Source of the DNA: the human T2T-CHM13v2.0 reference genome, Homo sapiens
Direction: 5' to 3' (one strand)
NCBI RefSeq assembly: GCF_009914755.1
Contig: NC_060926.1
DNA length: 64,000 nt
Shown piece by piece: positions 24,346-38,366 of the stretch. Positions within the stretch are counted from its first letter, which is position 1; each line of letters opens with the position of its first letter. Made by a program: the position numbers and the translations under genes. The notes beneath the pieces were generated by a model. It did not search any database. It was given only the letters and a program-made list of their open reading frames with translations, and was not told the origin of the DNA.

Positions 24346-26482
24346 GAACTGGCTGGTACCACCCATGCTGGGCCTGCTGTCCTTTTCTATCCCTTATCTT
24401 TTCCCCTAAAGTATGGACAACAGGAGGTTATGTCTGCAACAGATTTTAAGTTTTGAGGAAAAGACTTGTGTCTGAGTGAGAGGGTTGACAGAATGTGTTA
24501 TTAAGCATTGCTATACCACACCAAAGAATGAGCAAGCAAACAAGACAGGGTGACAACAAGATCCTTTCGGTTAGATTTTAGACCCCCATATCCCTGAAAT
24601 GTCCTTGGTCATTTCTGCTGGCCAAACCCTTTCGTAGGATATTTGCTTCTACTTTCTCACTGAACTTTTCCAAATTTTCTCCCTCCAGGAAACCCCAATT
24701 AATTACTTTGATTATAGTGATAAAAGTGATCTTATTTCTTCACTTTCTGAGCCATGTCCTGAGGTTTATTTTTTCCTGAGTGACTTATCCTTGAACTGGT
24801 TAAACCAAAAGCTATCCTGAAAGTAATGGTGCCTCTCCCTAGTAGGCAGACAGAATTATAGTTGTACATTCAAGGGCTTTTCTCTTTCCTATACTAGCCT
24901 AGACTACTAGGCAAACAATAAAATGGAATGAAATGAAATAGAATAAATAAACAAAGACCAAGTAAAAGCTAGTAAGAATACCCAGGCAATGAGAGTCCCA
25001 CAGACAGGTCCAGTTGAGTAGGTAGAAACGGGGGTGAGGAGAATGAATGGAGGACTTGTAGAAGGGTGAAGGTGGCCAGGGATGGAGTCTTGGGATTCCT
25101 CATGAATGGGCCTCTCTCTCCAGGGTGGTGGAGACCACAACATGATTCTCTGTCCTAAAGCAGCTGCACATCTAAACCAAAGCCAACAGCATGTCAAATA
25201 GGAATGGACTTAGACGGAAGTACTCAGAGAGGTAGCAGGAGGCCAATTCTGGCTGGACAGAGAAGCCAGCCAATACCAGCCACAAAGCTACTCCACAGCT
25301 GGTCCAAACAGTGCTAGAGTGCATTGTCCAGCAACGAAGCCACAGAGAGAAACAGCCAGGGCTGTGAGCTTCCCATGAAACTCCCCCGACCAAACCGTGG
25401 CTACACTTGAGTTAAAGTTGAGTAAGAATAAGTGCAGTAAATGTATCCATCCTGCAGTTATTTTTATCCCTTGATTTCTTAGTAATGTTACTTTTGAGAA
25501 ATTCTAGTTGATATTAGCAAAGCCACATTGAAGAAGAATTTTCTATGTTGCATAAGAGCTGTGGGTAAAACAGGACGTCTCCCAGGGGCTGTGATGGTGA
25601 GGGCAGGCAAAGGTGAGTGGAGATGGCTGGCAGGTAGCAGGAGACAAAGGACAGGGCAAAATGAGAAGGAGGGAGGATGTAGAGAAGGGGAGCCAGGCAG
25701 AGGGAGAGAAAGGCATTGACCCAGGAGTGGGAAGCAGGGCACTGGTGGATTTTTCGGGTCCTTTCTCTACTGGGATCTCAGCTTCCTACTCAGATTTTTG
25801 CTACAGCAGTGGAGCGTGTGTTTATGCTGAAGCAGCCACATATGACCAAACAAGGAAGGACTAACCAGTGACCTTACAGAACTAGATTGACTAGTTAGCT
25901 TGGGTCAGTGAGGAAAACTGGAAAGAAAGGCCAAGGTGCTTAACCTCTCAAGCAAGGTGTAGCATTGGCTTTCTATGTGGTGTTAGGAAATGTCTGCGGG
26001 TCTCACTCACTGGAGATGCCACTGCAATTAATAGGTAGGGTCACATTTGTTAAATTCTGTGGCCCATTTCAATATGCTAATTGCAACCCTATTAAGAAAT
26101 GCTGGGAAAAGCATATTAACAAGATTTGAGGTGAGAACGGAGAAAGAAAAGTAAAGAGAGAAGAGATAAGGGAGAGAAGAGAAAGGGAAATGTATGGGAT
26201 GAAACATTACACGTTGATGGATGCTCTGCCATGCATTGTTAGTCAGTCATGGTGCTGAAAATAGGACCATGAATCATTTCTGTTGTAGACTTTAAATAAG
26301 GGTGGGAGAGAGGGCAAAGGGAAGGGAAGACTGTGGAGAGACAGGCAAGATAAGCACAAACACAGGCTGCGCACATCACCATTTCCTTCACCACATTGCA
26401 ATTGAGCACTTCCTCCTGGACTCTACCTGCTCCTTTCTCCACCTTCCCTGTGTCCAGGCCTTTTGGAGGCAGGTATTGAAGC

Positions 26483-27074
26483 CGTTATAACATGTATCTG
26501 GGATTGATTTTTTTAATTCAAATATGGTGAGGCCAACAGATCAGGAGATGACTGCCTTTGAAAAGACAGTTTGTGACTCACAGTTCCCCGGAGGAGGGGA
26601 CACATCACACGTCAAAGAGCCACAGGGAGCACCAGGGCCAGTCAGGGGCCAGAGGTAGGGTCGACAGGTGGGTGGGGGGGTATTGGTGGGGGTGGGGAGC
26701 CCTTTTGTGGTTTCTCAGTAAAGGAATGGGTGAGGCAGAGTAAGCAGCTGAGCAGACTTAGAATTGGATAGTTTGAATAATTTCACCAAGCTCTGGGATA
26801 TATAGGTGTCTCCAGTTGTCCACCTCTGGGCCCTGGGTGATTTAAGGCAGGGGGATAGTGTCCCAGACTGCAGACATCTGATAAAAGGAGGCAGGTGGAG
26901 GATATGGACTTGGGATTGGTTAGCTGCCTATCAAAGGCATGACCATGGGGGAAAGTTGTCTGTTATCTCTGGGAATTAGCTGATGCTGGGAGGGGCAGCT
27001 CCCCTCTAGGTCTTGAAGGCCCCAAGATATCAAAACATCATAAAATGTAAAATGTAAAAAATGTGACTAATACA
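26483..27074 (-). mobile_element. ERVL LTR, MER54/MER74-like
   Basis: TATGGTGAGGCCAACAGATCAGGAGATGACTGCC...ACTCACAGTTCCC; terminates ATGTGACTAATACA. Confidence 0.7.
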
Positions 27075-27364
27075 GAGATTAGTGCAGAAACAGAAAGATG
27101 CTCAGGCAGACATTCAATGTGGAAAATCCTTGTTTCTCATCTCGGCTCTATGAAGTAGGCAGGGGCTCATTCCTAGTCGCCTGCTGTCTGGCTCCAGTGT
27201 GGCTAGCCAAGTTCATGGGTATCAGGTTGCCAGATCCAGCTGCCTTATTGATGGCACTGGTGACACTTCAACCTCAGAACACTTTTTTTCAGTTTTCCTC
27301 ACTTCATTCATGCAATATACATTTCTTGAGTAGCCAGGGATTGAGTAGGCACTGGGGCTAAGCC

Positions 27365-27835
27365 ATAGATTGATTGAACTGATGGTCCCAGTTCACACCT
27401 TCCCTAGCTCTACTACCTTTATAAAGTGACTTTCCAGCTCTGTTCACTGAGAGCTGGAATCTGTTACCCTGGTTTGGCTTTGTACTTTGCAGTGGCCAAA
27501 AGAATTCAGCACAAGTCATGTGCTGGTGCTGAGCCTAGGCCTCAGGAAGTCTTTATGTGCTTCAGTGCTCTTTCCTAGAACTTCCCCTCCACCATAAGGA
27601 CAAGTCCAAGCTAGCTTGCTGGAGGATGAGAGACCAGATGGAGCAGAGATAAATTTTCCTTGCTGAGGGCATCCTCACCAGCTAGCCCCTGTCCATCTGC
27701 TGATTGCGAGTGCATGCACAAGCCCAGCCAGCATCAGCAGCAGGGCTGCCCAACCAGTCCTATACTCTTGAGGGAAAATGAATGTTTAATACTGTATGCC
27801 ACAGAAGGATTTAGGGTTGTTTGATATGCAGCATC
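27365..27835 (+). mobile_element. MLT1 (MLT1H-like) LTR
   Basis: GAGCCTAGGCCTCAGG...CTAGCTTGCTGGAGGATGAGAGACCA...TTTAGGGTTGTTTG. Confidence 0.75.
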
Positions 27836-28102
27836 ATTTAGGGGCAGTAGAAAATGGATATAAAATATGTAGGTGAAAGAGAGAGGACTGATCACAAATG
27901 TTTCCAAAACAATACTGGAGACAGGTATTTTCAGACCACAGTAGAAAGTGTGGGCTTGATGTTGTCATATAGAAGAGGTTTATAACCCAGAATGGATGGT
28001 CAGAAGAACTTTCTGAAGAAGCTGAGGTCTGAGACCGAAGGAGAAATGGAAAATAGCTACAGAAGGAAGGTGGTTTAAATGTCATTGCAGCGAGAGGGAT
28101 GG

Positions 28103-28546
28103 TCAGGGTTCTCTAGAAGGACAGAACTAATAGGATAGATGTATATATAAAGCGGAGTTTATTAAGGAGTATTGACTCATGCGATCACAAGATGAGGTTC
28201 CACAATAGGCCATCTGCAAGTTGAGGAGAAAGGAAGCCAGCCTGAGTCCCAAAGCTAAAGAACTTGGAGTCCAATGTTCGAGGGCAGGAAACATCCAGCC
28301 TGGGAGAAAGATGGAGGCCAGAAGACTAAACAAGTCTAATGTTTCCACGTTCTTCTGCTTGGCTTTATTCCGGCTGAGTTGGCTGCTGATTAGATGGTGC
28401 CCATCCAGATTGAGGGGGTGTCTGCCTCTCCCACTCCACTGACTTAAATGTTAATCTCCTTTGCCAGCACCCTCACAGACACACCCAGGAACAATACTTT
28501 GCATCCTTCAATCCGATCAAAGTTAACACCAATATTAACCATCACA
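28103..28546 (-). mobile_element. MLT2A (HERV-L) solo LTR
   Basis: TCAGGGTTCTCTAGAAGGACAGAACTAATAGGATAG...ATTAACCATCACA. TSD GATGG at 28098-28102 and 28547-28551, with about 8 terminal bases lost. Sits in L2-like sequence. Confidence 0.92.
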
Positions 28547-28621
28547 GATGGGTATATAGGTTCATGGGTGAGAAGGAAAATGCTGAGGGACTGCCAGGAC
28601 TTCAGGGTGGCTGGAGTTAAT

Positions 28622-28682
28622 TGTGTGTGTGCATGTGTGTGTGTGTGTGTGTGTGTATGTGTGTGTGTGTACGTATGCATGT
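28622..28682. repeat. (TG)n microsatellite
   Basis: Interrupted TG run. Confidence 0.95.
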
Positions 28683-29784
28683 GCAGGGGGTTGGTGGACA
28701 TTGAAGCAAGGGCCTGTCAGGTCATCTTGGGACTTATGTCATGGTTTATTCAGAAGTCAGTGGAAAACCACTGAAGACTTTTCAGCAAGACAGTGGCACA
28801 ATTCAATTTACATTTTGAACCACATTTTCTGCAAAGGTAGAGGGTTGATTGGAAATAGTGTCACTAGGACCTGAGAAGACAGTAAAGAGGTCTTTAATTG
28901 AGATCATCAATGCCTGATATAAGGCATTGTCTTGGTGATAGATAAACATAGGGGTTAAAATTCACTTGCAGAACATATAAAACTTGTAAAACTAGTCAAA
29001 TAACTTATAAACATTTTTAAAAGGAAAAATGATACATTTCATTATGATCAATCCAAATATTACCAACTCCTCTGATTCTTCTTCTCTCTAGCAAACTTGA
29101 TCTCAGGACAGGCATGTTTTAAATAAAGGCTAAGCTAACACTTACCTGCTAGAGTGAAATCCTTCTGTCTGGCTTCTCGTGGCTATTATCTGCATCATCA
29201 AATGGTGGCTGTCACATTACTTTGGCAGTTCTCTGGCTTTATGCTCCAAAGACGTGCTGAGACAAATGTCAATCTCAGGTCCTCAGACACTATAGGAACC
29301 TGCCGGCATGGTGAGAGGGTACCCCTGTCACTGGCAATGGCAGAAAGGCTTTCAAGGTGAACTTTTTCAAGATGCAGAGTTTGATGGCTCTAGAAGGTGG
29401 CCACAGAAGCCTAAATGGAAGCTGCCTTTAATGCATGAGACAGGAATTTAAATTGCACCTGTTATGTACAAATTGTTCATCCTGTCACGTCATGAGGGGG
29501 CCCAACTTCAGAGATCATGGCCTGAGTTGAGACTTGAAACAAATCTATTTGAGAGAAACAGATGTGCTGCAGAGGAGGGAAGGGTCCCTGTCCCATCACA
29601 AAACGGAGCTGAGGTGACAAAGTGGTGGTGTAGACCAGCACTAGGTAGTTAGGGAGCTTCATCCCATTAGAACCAGAGATATGGGAAGGTCTCATTAAAT
29701 CAAAGAAGGGTTAGGCATGTTCTTTTCCAGGATATCCTTGTACTAGACAGAGACATAGGCCTTCTGTCCACGAACATACACCAA

Positions 29785-29975
29785 TAACAATGGTGGCTAA
29801 CACTCATTGCAGCCCATATGAGGTAAATACTATTAATATTCCACTTTTACACAAAAGAGGAAATAGAAGTATACAAAGGCTAATTTGCACAAAGCCAGGT
29901 GGCTCAAAAGTCATGGACATGGGCTTGGAACTGAGGTCCAGTGTAGCCCCAAACTGATGTTCTTTTTACTCACCC
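29785..29975 (-). mobile_element. MIR
   Basis: ATGAGGTAAATACTATT...CCACTTTTAC...AATTTGCACAAAGCCA. Confidence 0.65.
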
Positions 29976-30299
29976 AATGCCTGGCTTTGAGACCAGACTG
30001 GGGCCAGGTTCTAGTTCCTAGAGTTTGTGGGGACAGGTGGACAAGCAAGAGTAACAGAGCAGGACTCACTCAGGGAAGGCAAGGCCTCAGCCCAGGAGAG
30101 ACATGGGTGGTGGAACCCATATACAGAGAGGAGCTCAGAGATCCAGTCAAGGGAATTGAGGTGCAAAGTTTCAGGGCCCAGTCATGAGAACCAGGATCAT
30201 AGAATGCTTTGGAGACTTGCCTCAGTCCCTCTCACTCTTGTCAGTATTGGACCTCTACTTGAAAAGTTTATCCCACGGGCATAGCACTGACCTAGAAAT

Positions 30300-30745
30300 A
30301 ATTGCAGAGTATGCCTACTTGAATACCTATTCTCTTCTTCATTTATGTTTCAATTCCAGATTTTAGTTTAGCACTTGGGGGCCCAAATAAACCCTACGTT
30401 TCCAAGCTCCTCCTGTAGTGGGGTGTGACCACATACTTGATGTTCTAGCCACAAAAGATAGCTGAAAGTGAAATGAACATTCTCTATGAAGTGCTCTTTA
30501 AAAAGAATGAGCATGTCCTTTTTTTGTTGCTTTCTCCTCACTGCAGGCTAGAATTTGGACATGATGGCTGGAGCAAAAGCAGCCATTCTGGACTGTGAAG
30601 TGTCATCTAAGGAAGGCAGAGAGGCATAGTAGACATGAACAGCTTTGGGCTACCTCTCTTTAGATCACTTTTATGTGTAAGGGTAATGAACTATATCTGC
30701 ATATATGTACATTATATTGCAGCAAACCTAATCCTAACTTAATTA
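30300..30745 (+). mobile_element. Old MaLR/ERVL LTR (MLT1L/LTR33-like)
   Basis: ATGATGGCTGGAGCAAAAGCAGCCATTCTG and terminal GCAGCAAACCTAATCCTAACT. Confidence 0.6.
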
Positions 30746-31099
30746 CTGAGTTTGTAATTCCTGCTTTACTTTCAGACTAGAGAAATATTTCTTCTCAATG
30801 TTCCATTGAAATCAGTGTAGCATTAATGTGAGATTGGGGGAGTGGCACTAGAAGCTGTAACACGGATGTATTCTTTATCATCTTGTCCTATTATCAGTGC
30901 TAATTTTCTCTAAAGAGCTGACTTTAGGAGTTGAAGGAAGGATTGCAAAAAAAAAAAAACTCTACTTTCCATATTCAATTCTCTTGATTGCAATTTAATG
31001 TATAGAGTCAAGGCACTTTGAAAAAACTGGACCAGTGCATTTTGTACACAGTAACCAAGATACACACACTTCTGAATGACATCAAAGAGGCACACTTAC

Positions 31100-31230
31100 C
31101 CCCAGATGCAATATCCAAAAATTTCTAAGAAGATTTGAATAAAATATTATGGCGCCTAATAATGTAGAGACTTTTTTCCATTCGAACAAAGACCAAGAAT
31201 TCATTTTACCCCTTGTCAGCAGATATAAAT
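31100..31230 (-). other. Candidate 131-nt exon (non-coding or unrecognised)
   Basis: Minus-strand acceptor ttcagtttcag| and donor GGG|GTAAGT, in sequence I could not assign to a repeat. Confidence 0.3.
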
Positions 31231-31439
31231 CTGAAACTGAATTTAAAAGCTTTTCCATATGCTCAGGCACAGCACCATCCTGAGCTAAGTTTAAATCACA
31301 GCCTTGTCCTATCATATGTATCTATCTTCAAGTGGGGAGTGGATGTGGGGGAGGAGGGTGGGTTGAGACTTCCCGTTTAAGGTAATAAATGCTGTCACGG
31401 GACCATCTGCCATGGTCTGCATGTCTCATGACTCAGAGA

Positions 31440-31600
31440 TGCAGCTTCTGGAACACAAAAAGATCTGGTTAAAATCTAAGCTTTACTACAGGGTATTTGC
31501 ATGACCTCCAGGGGTTTATCAAACCCTCCAGTCTCTGCTTCCTCATCTGTAGAACCGGGTAACAACCCCCAATTTTTTTAGTGTAACATGAGACAATAAA
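31440..31600 (+). mobile_element. MIR
   Basis: CTTCCTCATCTGTAGAA core. Confidence 0.55.
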
Positions 31601-32676
31601 TGGGGGAATCTAGATCCCTGGCCTCTCCACCCCCTGTTCTGTCTCACAAATGTGCTGTAAGCCCAGGCCCATTCTTAGGGGAAAACAATTATTTTCAAGC
31701 TTCTCAATTGTTAACCCATTGTGATGCCGTTTAAAGGGCAGAACGCAAGTTTGAGGGACCAATACTCTGCAGGCTGGGGTCTGGCTCACAGTCTTGTTCT
31801 TTCCAGGTGATTCTCCATCTATGCGTAAGAACAGTGTCCTTGGGAGAAACCTCTCCTGAGGCTGGCCCAGCTCGGAGTTCCTACAGGTCTGTGTCTTGCT
31901 GTTATTTTGTAGGTGTTTATCTTGGTGCTGTCTGTGTTAGCAAGTGAGCATTCAGCACATTTGAGCCCACTCGCTTCGCTCTGAAATAGCCTGCACAGAG
32001 TCTTCGTGCCGCACCCTCTCTGGAGCAGCTCCACTTCTGTGTTTTCAATTGGACTCTCCAGTTCTGCCATGCAAAAGCTCCAACTCAATGGACAGCAGCC
32101 TCAGTGGATGGTTTCCATGCATACATCCAGGAAAATGGGAAAGTTTAATTGCATAAATTATACGAGAAAGTGATCTTCCCATGGCTACTGAGCGAATATA
32201 TGTTAGCATGTCATTGATGCTATGCTAAATCCTAATGGTTCATACCGACATTAAACCCAAGAATGTTTCTCAGGTGAGAAAGCTGCAGTTGTATGCAATA
32301 TGCCTACCTTCCTCTTGTGGGATGCAAAGGAAAACACATGCATGCACAGGCAAATGTTCTTAAACACACTTTGGGGCTGGGGGATGGTGAAGCCAATTGA
32401 TTGGCAAAATCTCCCCTTTTCTTCTGTTTAGAGAAATTGCCAGTTGCATATAAATGAGGCTTGTTGAAATGGAAAGTCTTCTCTGTGAATAATTAAGGTA
32501 AATTGAACATGAGTCTGTTATCAGTGTGTTTTTTATTTCAAGAAATGTTAATTTATCAAAAAAAACAGCAGAAAAGGTAAATAGAGAAAATAAACAGTAG
32601 ATTTAGAGATAAAGATTAAGTGACTGCAGACTTTCAAGATGTTAAGACTAGTTTAGGTTTGAACATAGACATCTGA

Positions 32677-33088
<412 letters not shown>

Positions 33089-33661
33089 TTATAAAAACTT
33101 CCCTTTTTTTTTAGCTGAAAAGTTCTTCAACATAATTTGTCCCAGAGCTCAAATATGATCAAATTGATGGCTCTTGTGGCATTTCTTTGCTAAATTTACT
33201 GATGATGATATTAAGATTATTAAAGACATTCATTTAATGACCTAGAAGATTTAAAAATCAAACTCCAGACATGAATAAAGACTTTGCTATTAAAAGCATG
33301 GTATGAATAAATGAACACATATATAATAAAGGTGTCTACAAGGAACTATTTTTCCAATTATTTGTTTTTAAATTTTCTAATGTATCTGATATTTCACCGA
33401 CTTATATATTATGTAAATATGAATACCTACCACCTTCATTGAAGGAGAGGAATAATTTTTTTTAATGAGAAATGAACACATTCTAGTTTAAGCAATGTTG
33501 CTCTAAACCTTTTGTTGAAGGAGGGCAGGTTAAAAAATGTTTTTATGATTCATTTACATTTTGTATTAGATGAAGTCTTAGCATATCACATATAAAGTTT
33601 CACATAAATGAATGAACATACTTAATCAATTTGAAAATATTCACTGTATGTATTTTGGAGG

Positions 33662-33880
33662 ATTGGGTTCTCAGCTTCGGCTCTATTGATATTTGGGGCC
33701 AGGTCATGCTATACAGGGGGCTGCCCAGTGCGTTGTGGAATGTTGAGCAGCACTCCTAGCCTCTGCTCTCCAGATATCAGAAGCAGCTCTCCCATGATCC
33801 TCCCAGATGTGACAACTAAAAAAAAAAAAAAAAAATCCAGATATGACCATACGTCTCCTGGGGTAAAAAATTGCATCTAA
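33662..33880. mobile_element. MER20 (hAT-Charlie)
   Basis: GGTTCTCAGCTTCGGCTCTATTGATATTTGGGGCC...GTGACAACTAAAAA...TCCAGA. Confidence 0.85.
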
Positions 33881-34164
33881 TAATAGCCACCGGCAGTAAT
33901 TCCTCTCGCAAACTAAAAAACTGGGTTATTTTCTTTAGCATTTTGTAAATTATTAATAGTTGTCAATGTTGTTTGCTCACTTGCATAAAGTATACCGGCA
34001 TGCAGCCTTTCCCAGGGCTGCATAGCTAATGTGCACTCCCATGCCTTCTACCAGGTGCCAGGCCTGTACACCTTACCACCCTGTGATTCAGGGTGCAAAA
34101 GGTGGCAGGCATCTCCCTTGTTCTTTGCATAACTGAAGGGAGCTAGTAATTATCCCTTCCCACA

Positions 34165-34925
34165 ATTGCTCATTCACTTAACAAGGATACAGGAGACACC
34201 TCTCATAGGCTGAGCATTGTTGTAGGCTCTGGAGACAGTTCCATGGGCAAAGCAGGCTGATGTCCCTGTTCTCATGCTGAAGGCTGAGGGCTGCATAGGC
34301 AGGAGAGATGAGGGAGAAAAGAGCAAAAAACATAAGTATATAATATTATGTCATATTATATAATTAAGTAAACTACATAACAAATTGTAAGGTGATAAGC
34401 CATATGGAGAAAAGAAAATGCAACCAAGGTAAGAGGATTTGGAAATTCAGTCAGGGAGGATGTTGGAATTTAAATGGAGTGGTCCAGCTGGATTTAATTG
34501 AGCAGGGGGCCATTTGAATGCAGACTTCATGGAGGTGAAGAAGTGAGCCTGCTGGCATTTGGGGTGGGACTTCGTGGCAGAGGAAGCAAGCCTGTGCAAG
34601 GGCCCTGAGATTTAAGCACACTTGGCCCATGTGGCTGCAGCAGCTCATGTCATGGAGCATTGTAGGGGGCAGTGAGTGGCCAGGCCACGTGGAACCTTGT
34701 GGTCACCATAAGGAATTGGGATTTTCTCTGAAAAGAATGAAGAGCCGCTGGATGGTTTGAGCAGAGAGGTGATACAAACTCGCTTGTGTTTCAACAGGGT
34801 CACTCCTGCTATTAAGTAGAGTGTAAACTGCTGGAAGACACAAATAGGAGCTGACAGTTCATTTAGAATGCTAGGACAGTGATCTGGACCAGTGGAGATA
34901 GTGGCCTGGACTCCATAATTAGGAG
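34165..34925 (-). mobile_element. L2 3' fragment
   Basis: CTCATTCACTTAACAA tail; GCAAGGGCCCTGAG...GGTTTGAGCAGAG blocks. Confidence 0.75.
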
Positions 34926-35374
34926 AGATAGAAGGGGGAAGGGGAGTGAGAAACACATGGCTAAGCTCCACAGTGAGGCTTCAAAGACTGTTTCCTTCCC
35001 AGGGCACAGGGAGAGATATCAGAGTGCAGGGCAGTAAATAGTCACCTGCATCTTTGTGAAGAACTGGAAGTTGGTGTCATCTCAGCAAAATGTTCTCTGT
35101 ATGATGGAACTGAGAAGTGCTGGCTGCCTTCTAGGTAGGTAAAAAGGTAGGAAATGGGCTCTGACATAAACAGGTTTTCAGCCATGTACCTGCTCCATCA
35201 TCTCCACTTCCACTTCTCATTCATTTATTTAGCAAACATGGGCTGACTTCCCTGGCTGCAAACCTCAGGATACTGGCAAGTTCATCAGGAGAGTGGATTG
35301 TTGATGGGAATATAGACACTTTTTGTATCTTTTGAGCATCAGGTTCTTAGGTAAAGGCCTTGAACCTGCCCTAT

Positions 35375-35740
35375 TTTATGCTGCTCATGCTGCTATTGCC
35401 AATACCATAGCCTGGGTGGTTTATACAACAGAATTCTTTCTCACAGTTCTGTAGCCTGGGCAGCCTGAGATCAGGGTGCCAGCATGGTCAGGTTCTGGTG
35501 AGGGCCCTCTTCCGGGTTGGCAGATGACTCTCCTCTGGTGTGTCTTTACTTGGGAGAGAAGAGACAAAAGAAGCAAGCTTTCTCCTGTCTCTTTTCATAA
35601 AGGTACTAATTTCATGGAGGAGGGCACTACCCTCAGGACCTCACCACCTCCCAAAAGCCCCACCTCTTAATACCATGACGTTGAGGATTAGAATTTCAAC
35701 ATATGATTCCGGCGGGGGGGATGGAAGCATTCAGTCTATA
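35375..35740 (-). mobile_element. MLT1A-like LTR
   Basis: TCTCACAGTTCTG...GAGATCAGGGTGCCAGCATGGTCAGGTTCTGGTGAGGGCCCTCTT...CACCTCCCAAAAGCCCCACCTCTTAATACC. Confidence 0.85.
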
Positions 35741-36184
35741 GGACTCCCCCTCCAGTCCTCTTGTACTTCCTAAGAGTGGCTGCATGTTCTCTGAGAGCTC
35801 CCGCATCTTAACATAATGTTGATTTCAATTCCTCAGGTATTGGGCGCCTCAGTGACCGATGCAGTGGGGTATGCAGCAAGCAGTAGATGGTAGATGTGAA
35901 GCTTCCATTCCTAGAGTTGCAGCAGCCCATAGTCTTTTTATTAGAGATCCAGCTTCCTACAATTGCACCATTATCAGAAACATGGCAAACAAGGTCCCCA
36001 TAGCAGTTGCCTGTCTTTTGCAATCACAACTTTATCATTATGTTGAGTTGTTCTAGTTAGAGAATAAGCAGAATTGTACATTTTATAATAAAGGGTGATA
36101 TTTTATGTTTGCATTACTTGGTTTTTACTTTTCTTATTTGCTTTGTTAGTAAAAAATAAGCTCCAGACAAAGCACCCTAATAAA

Positions 36185-36275
36185 ATGATGCATGCCTATA
36201 TCAAAACAAGTCATGCACCCCATAAATATATACACCTACAATGCATCCACAAAAATTAAGAAGAAAAAAAGAAAA
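36185..36275 (+). mobile_element. Severely 5'-truncated L1MA 3' terminus
   Basis: ATGCCTATATCAAAA...CCCCATAAATATATACACCTAC...CACAAAAATT plus poly-A. Confidence 0.75.
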
Positions 36276-36904
36276 TTAACTGAAATTTTGGATAAGGCTT
36301 AAAGTAGGTGTCCATTTTTCTGTTCACGCACATGTGGCCAACGCTCTGATTTGAGGTCTCTTGATGCTCCTCCCCAGAACTATAAGTGGAAATTGGGGAA
36401 TTTAAAGGAACCAGAGATCAGCATTGTTTTTCCTAATTGACAGAAGTTTTATCTTATAGAGTGAAAAAAATGGTACTCTTGCTTTGTTGTAACTTAGAGA
36501 AAATACAAGATCTGACAGGATCCTGTAGAACTGCACCAGGAAAGGTTTGCTTTTTAAAAAAGTATATGTGTTGATGTGTTTTCCCTGCCTCAGTCTCTCA
36601 TACACCCACATCCACACTCCCATACCACACTAGGTTAATAGACAATTTTTACTTAATTGACATTTTTTGTACCTTTTGAGCATCAGACCTTCCAACTACA
36701 TACAGGATAAAAGGAAACTTGCTATATCAAGACTTTGTCTAATAAGAAAGCAAAAATACGCAGAGAAAAAGAGTATAGTGTACATCCCCTGTACACCTTT
36801 TGGTGGTCAGCAAGGCAAATAGGATCATAGCTTTGGAATCTGAAATGCCTGGGTATGAGTCCTGGGGTACCTTGGTTTCTTCATCTGTAAGGCAGCAGTA
36901 CCTG

Positions 36905-37262
36905 GTGGGGTCTACTTCTCTGCCCTATGTTTGAAGGCTGAACTCTAGCGAGATCAGCTGAATCTCTCTGAGTATCTGGATTCAGCCATGGGAAGCAGTG
37001 TCCCAGGGCTGGAGGGGAATGAGATTATCATTCCTCCTCATCCTCTGCCTACTGGCCCATGGTTGCTGTCCTCCATGGAGACACAGAGCCCTCTGTAAGG
37101 GCATTTATTTTGCTCAAGTTCTGGGGGCACCATCCCCTCCACTTGGCCTCTGAAGACCTAGTCCCTGAGTGTTTCAGCTGCTCCTTTTTGTGCTCTCTTC
37201 ATGATGAAGACACCTTTGTAAATTATTCGTTCATTAATGTCTCTTTAGCTACCCTTATGTAT
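36905..37262. mobile_element. Old ERVL LTR (LTR16-like) splitting a MIR (36820-36900 and 37290-37390)
   Basis: The MIR halves (TTCTTCATCTGTAAGG; GGATTAGG...TTGTTTAGCA) flank a GC-richer insert. Confidence 0.45.
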
Positions 37263-38049
37263 GTGCCATCTGTTCCTGCCAGCACCACGAGGCAGGCCTG
37301 TAGGATTAGGGTTAGGACTGGGTAAATGAAGGCATATAAATTGTTTAGCATCACATCTGGTTTACAGAAGTTCCCCACACTTAGTAGTAGGTATTTTGTA
37401 AGAGGTGGTTCCTTCCCCATAATACAGGGTCACAAGAGAAAGTCAAGACCACTCTTAAAATATTAATATTTTAGGTCATCTTTGTGTAGTCTTCTGATAT
37501 TTCATAAGATTACATTACAAGTTTAGGGATGGAAATGTTTCTCTATGATGCTACACAAACTATTTCAAAAAGCAATTAAGGAGAAGTCTACATTAAAGTA
37601 ACTCCAACCAAAGCCTGTGTCCTCTTTTCCACTTCATAATGTTGCTGCGTTGAAGAGTGACCTTCAATAGTGTGGTGAAAAGAACCCTGAACAAAATGTT
37701 GGGAGGCTTGTTTTCCGGTTCTGGCTGGAGACTTGCTGGGACTTCATAAAATGATCTCAAAGCCTCCTTTCAGCTCTGAAACTATATAAATAGATACAAT
37801 TTTATAACATCTATACATTTAATGTGATATGCATTTGGGGAACACTTCTTGGAGGTGGTAGGATTTGAACTAGACACTGAAGTAGGGTGTGATTTGGAGA
37901 AGCACAGAGTCCTGCCCACTGAGGAGAGCAGAGTCTGAGGGAAGAGGGAGAAGGGACTTGTCAGCTTTTGATGTGATTATGCTGACTTCAAAAAACAAGT
38001 TGGACACTGATTCCTCTTCTTTTATTTTCTGGAAGAGCTTGTTTATGAT

Positions 38050-38366
<317 letters not shown>

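Noticed and set aside
25700-26120. Possible ancient SINE (AmnSINE/LF-SINE) or conserved element
   Set aside because: I could not match diagnostic 5S/tRNA or Deu-core blocks by eye; needs a Dfam search.
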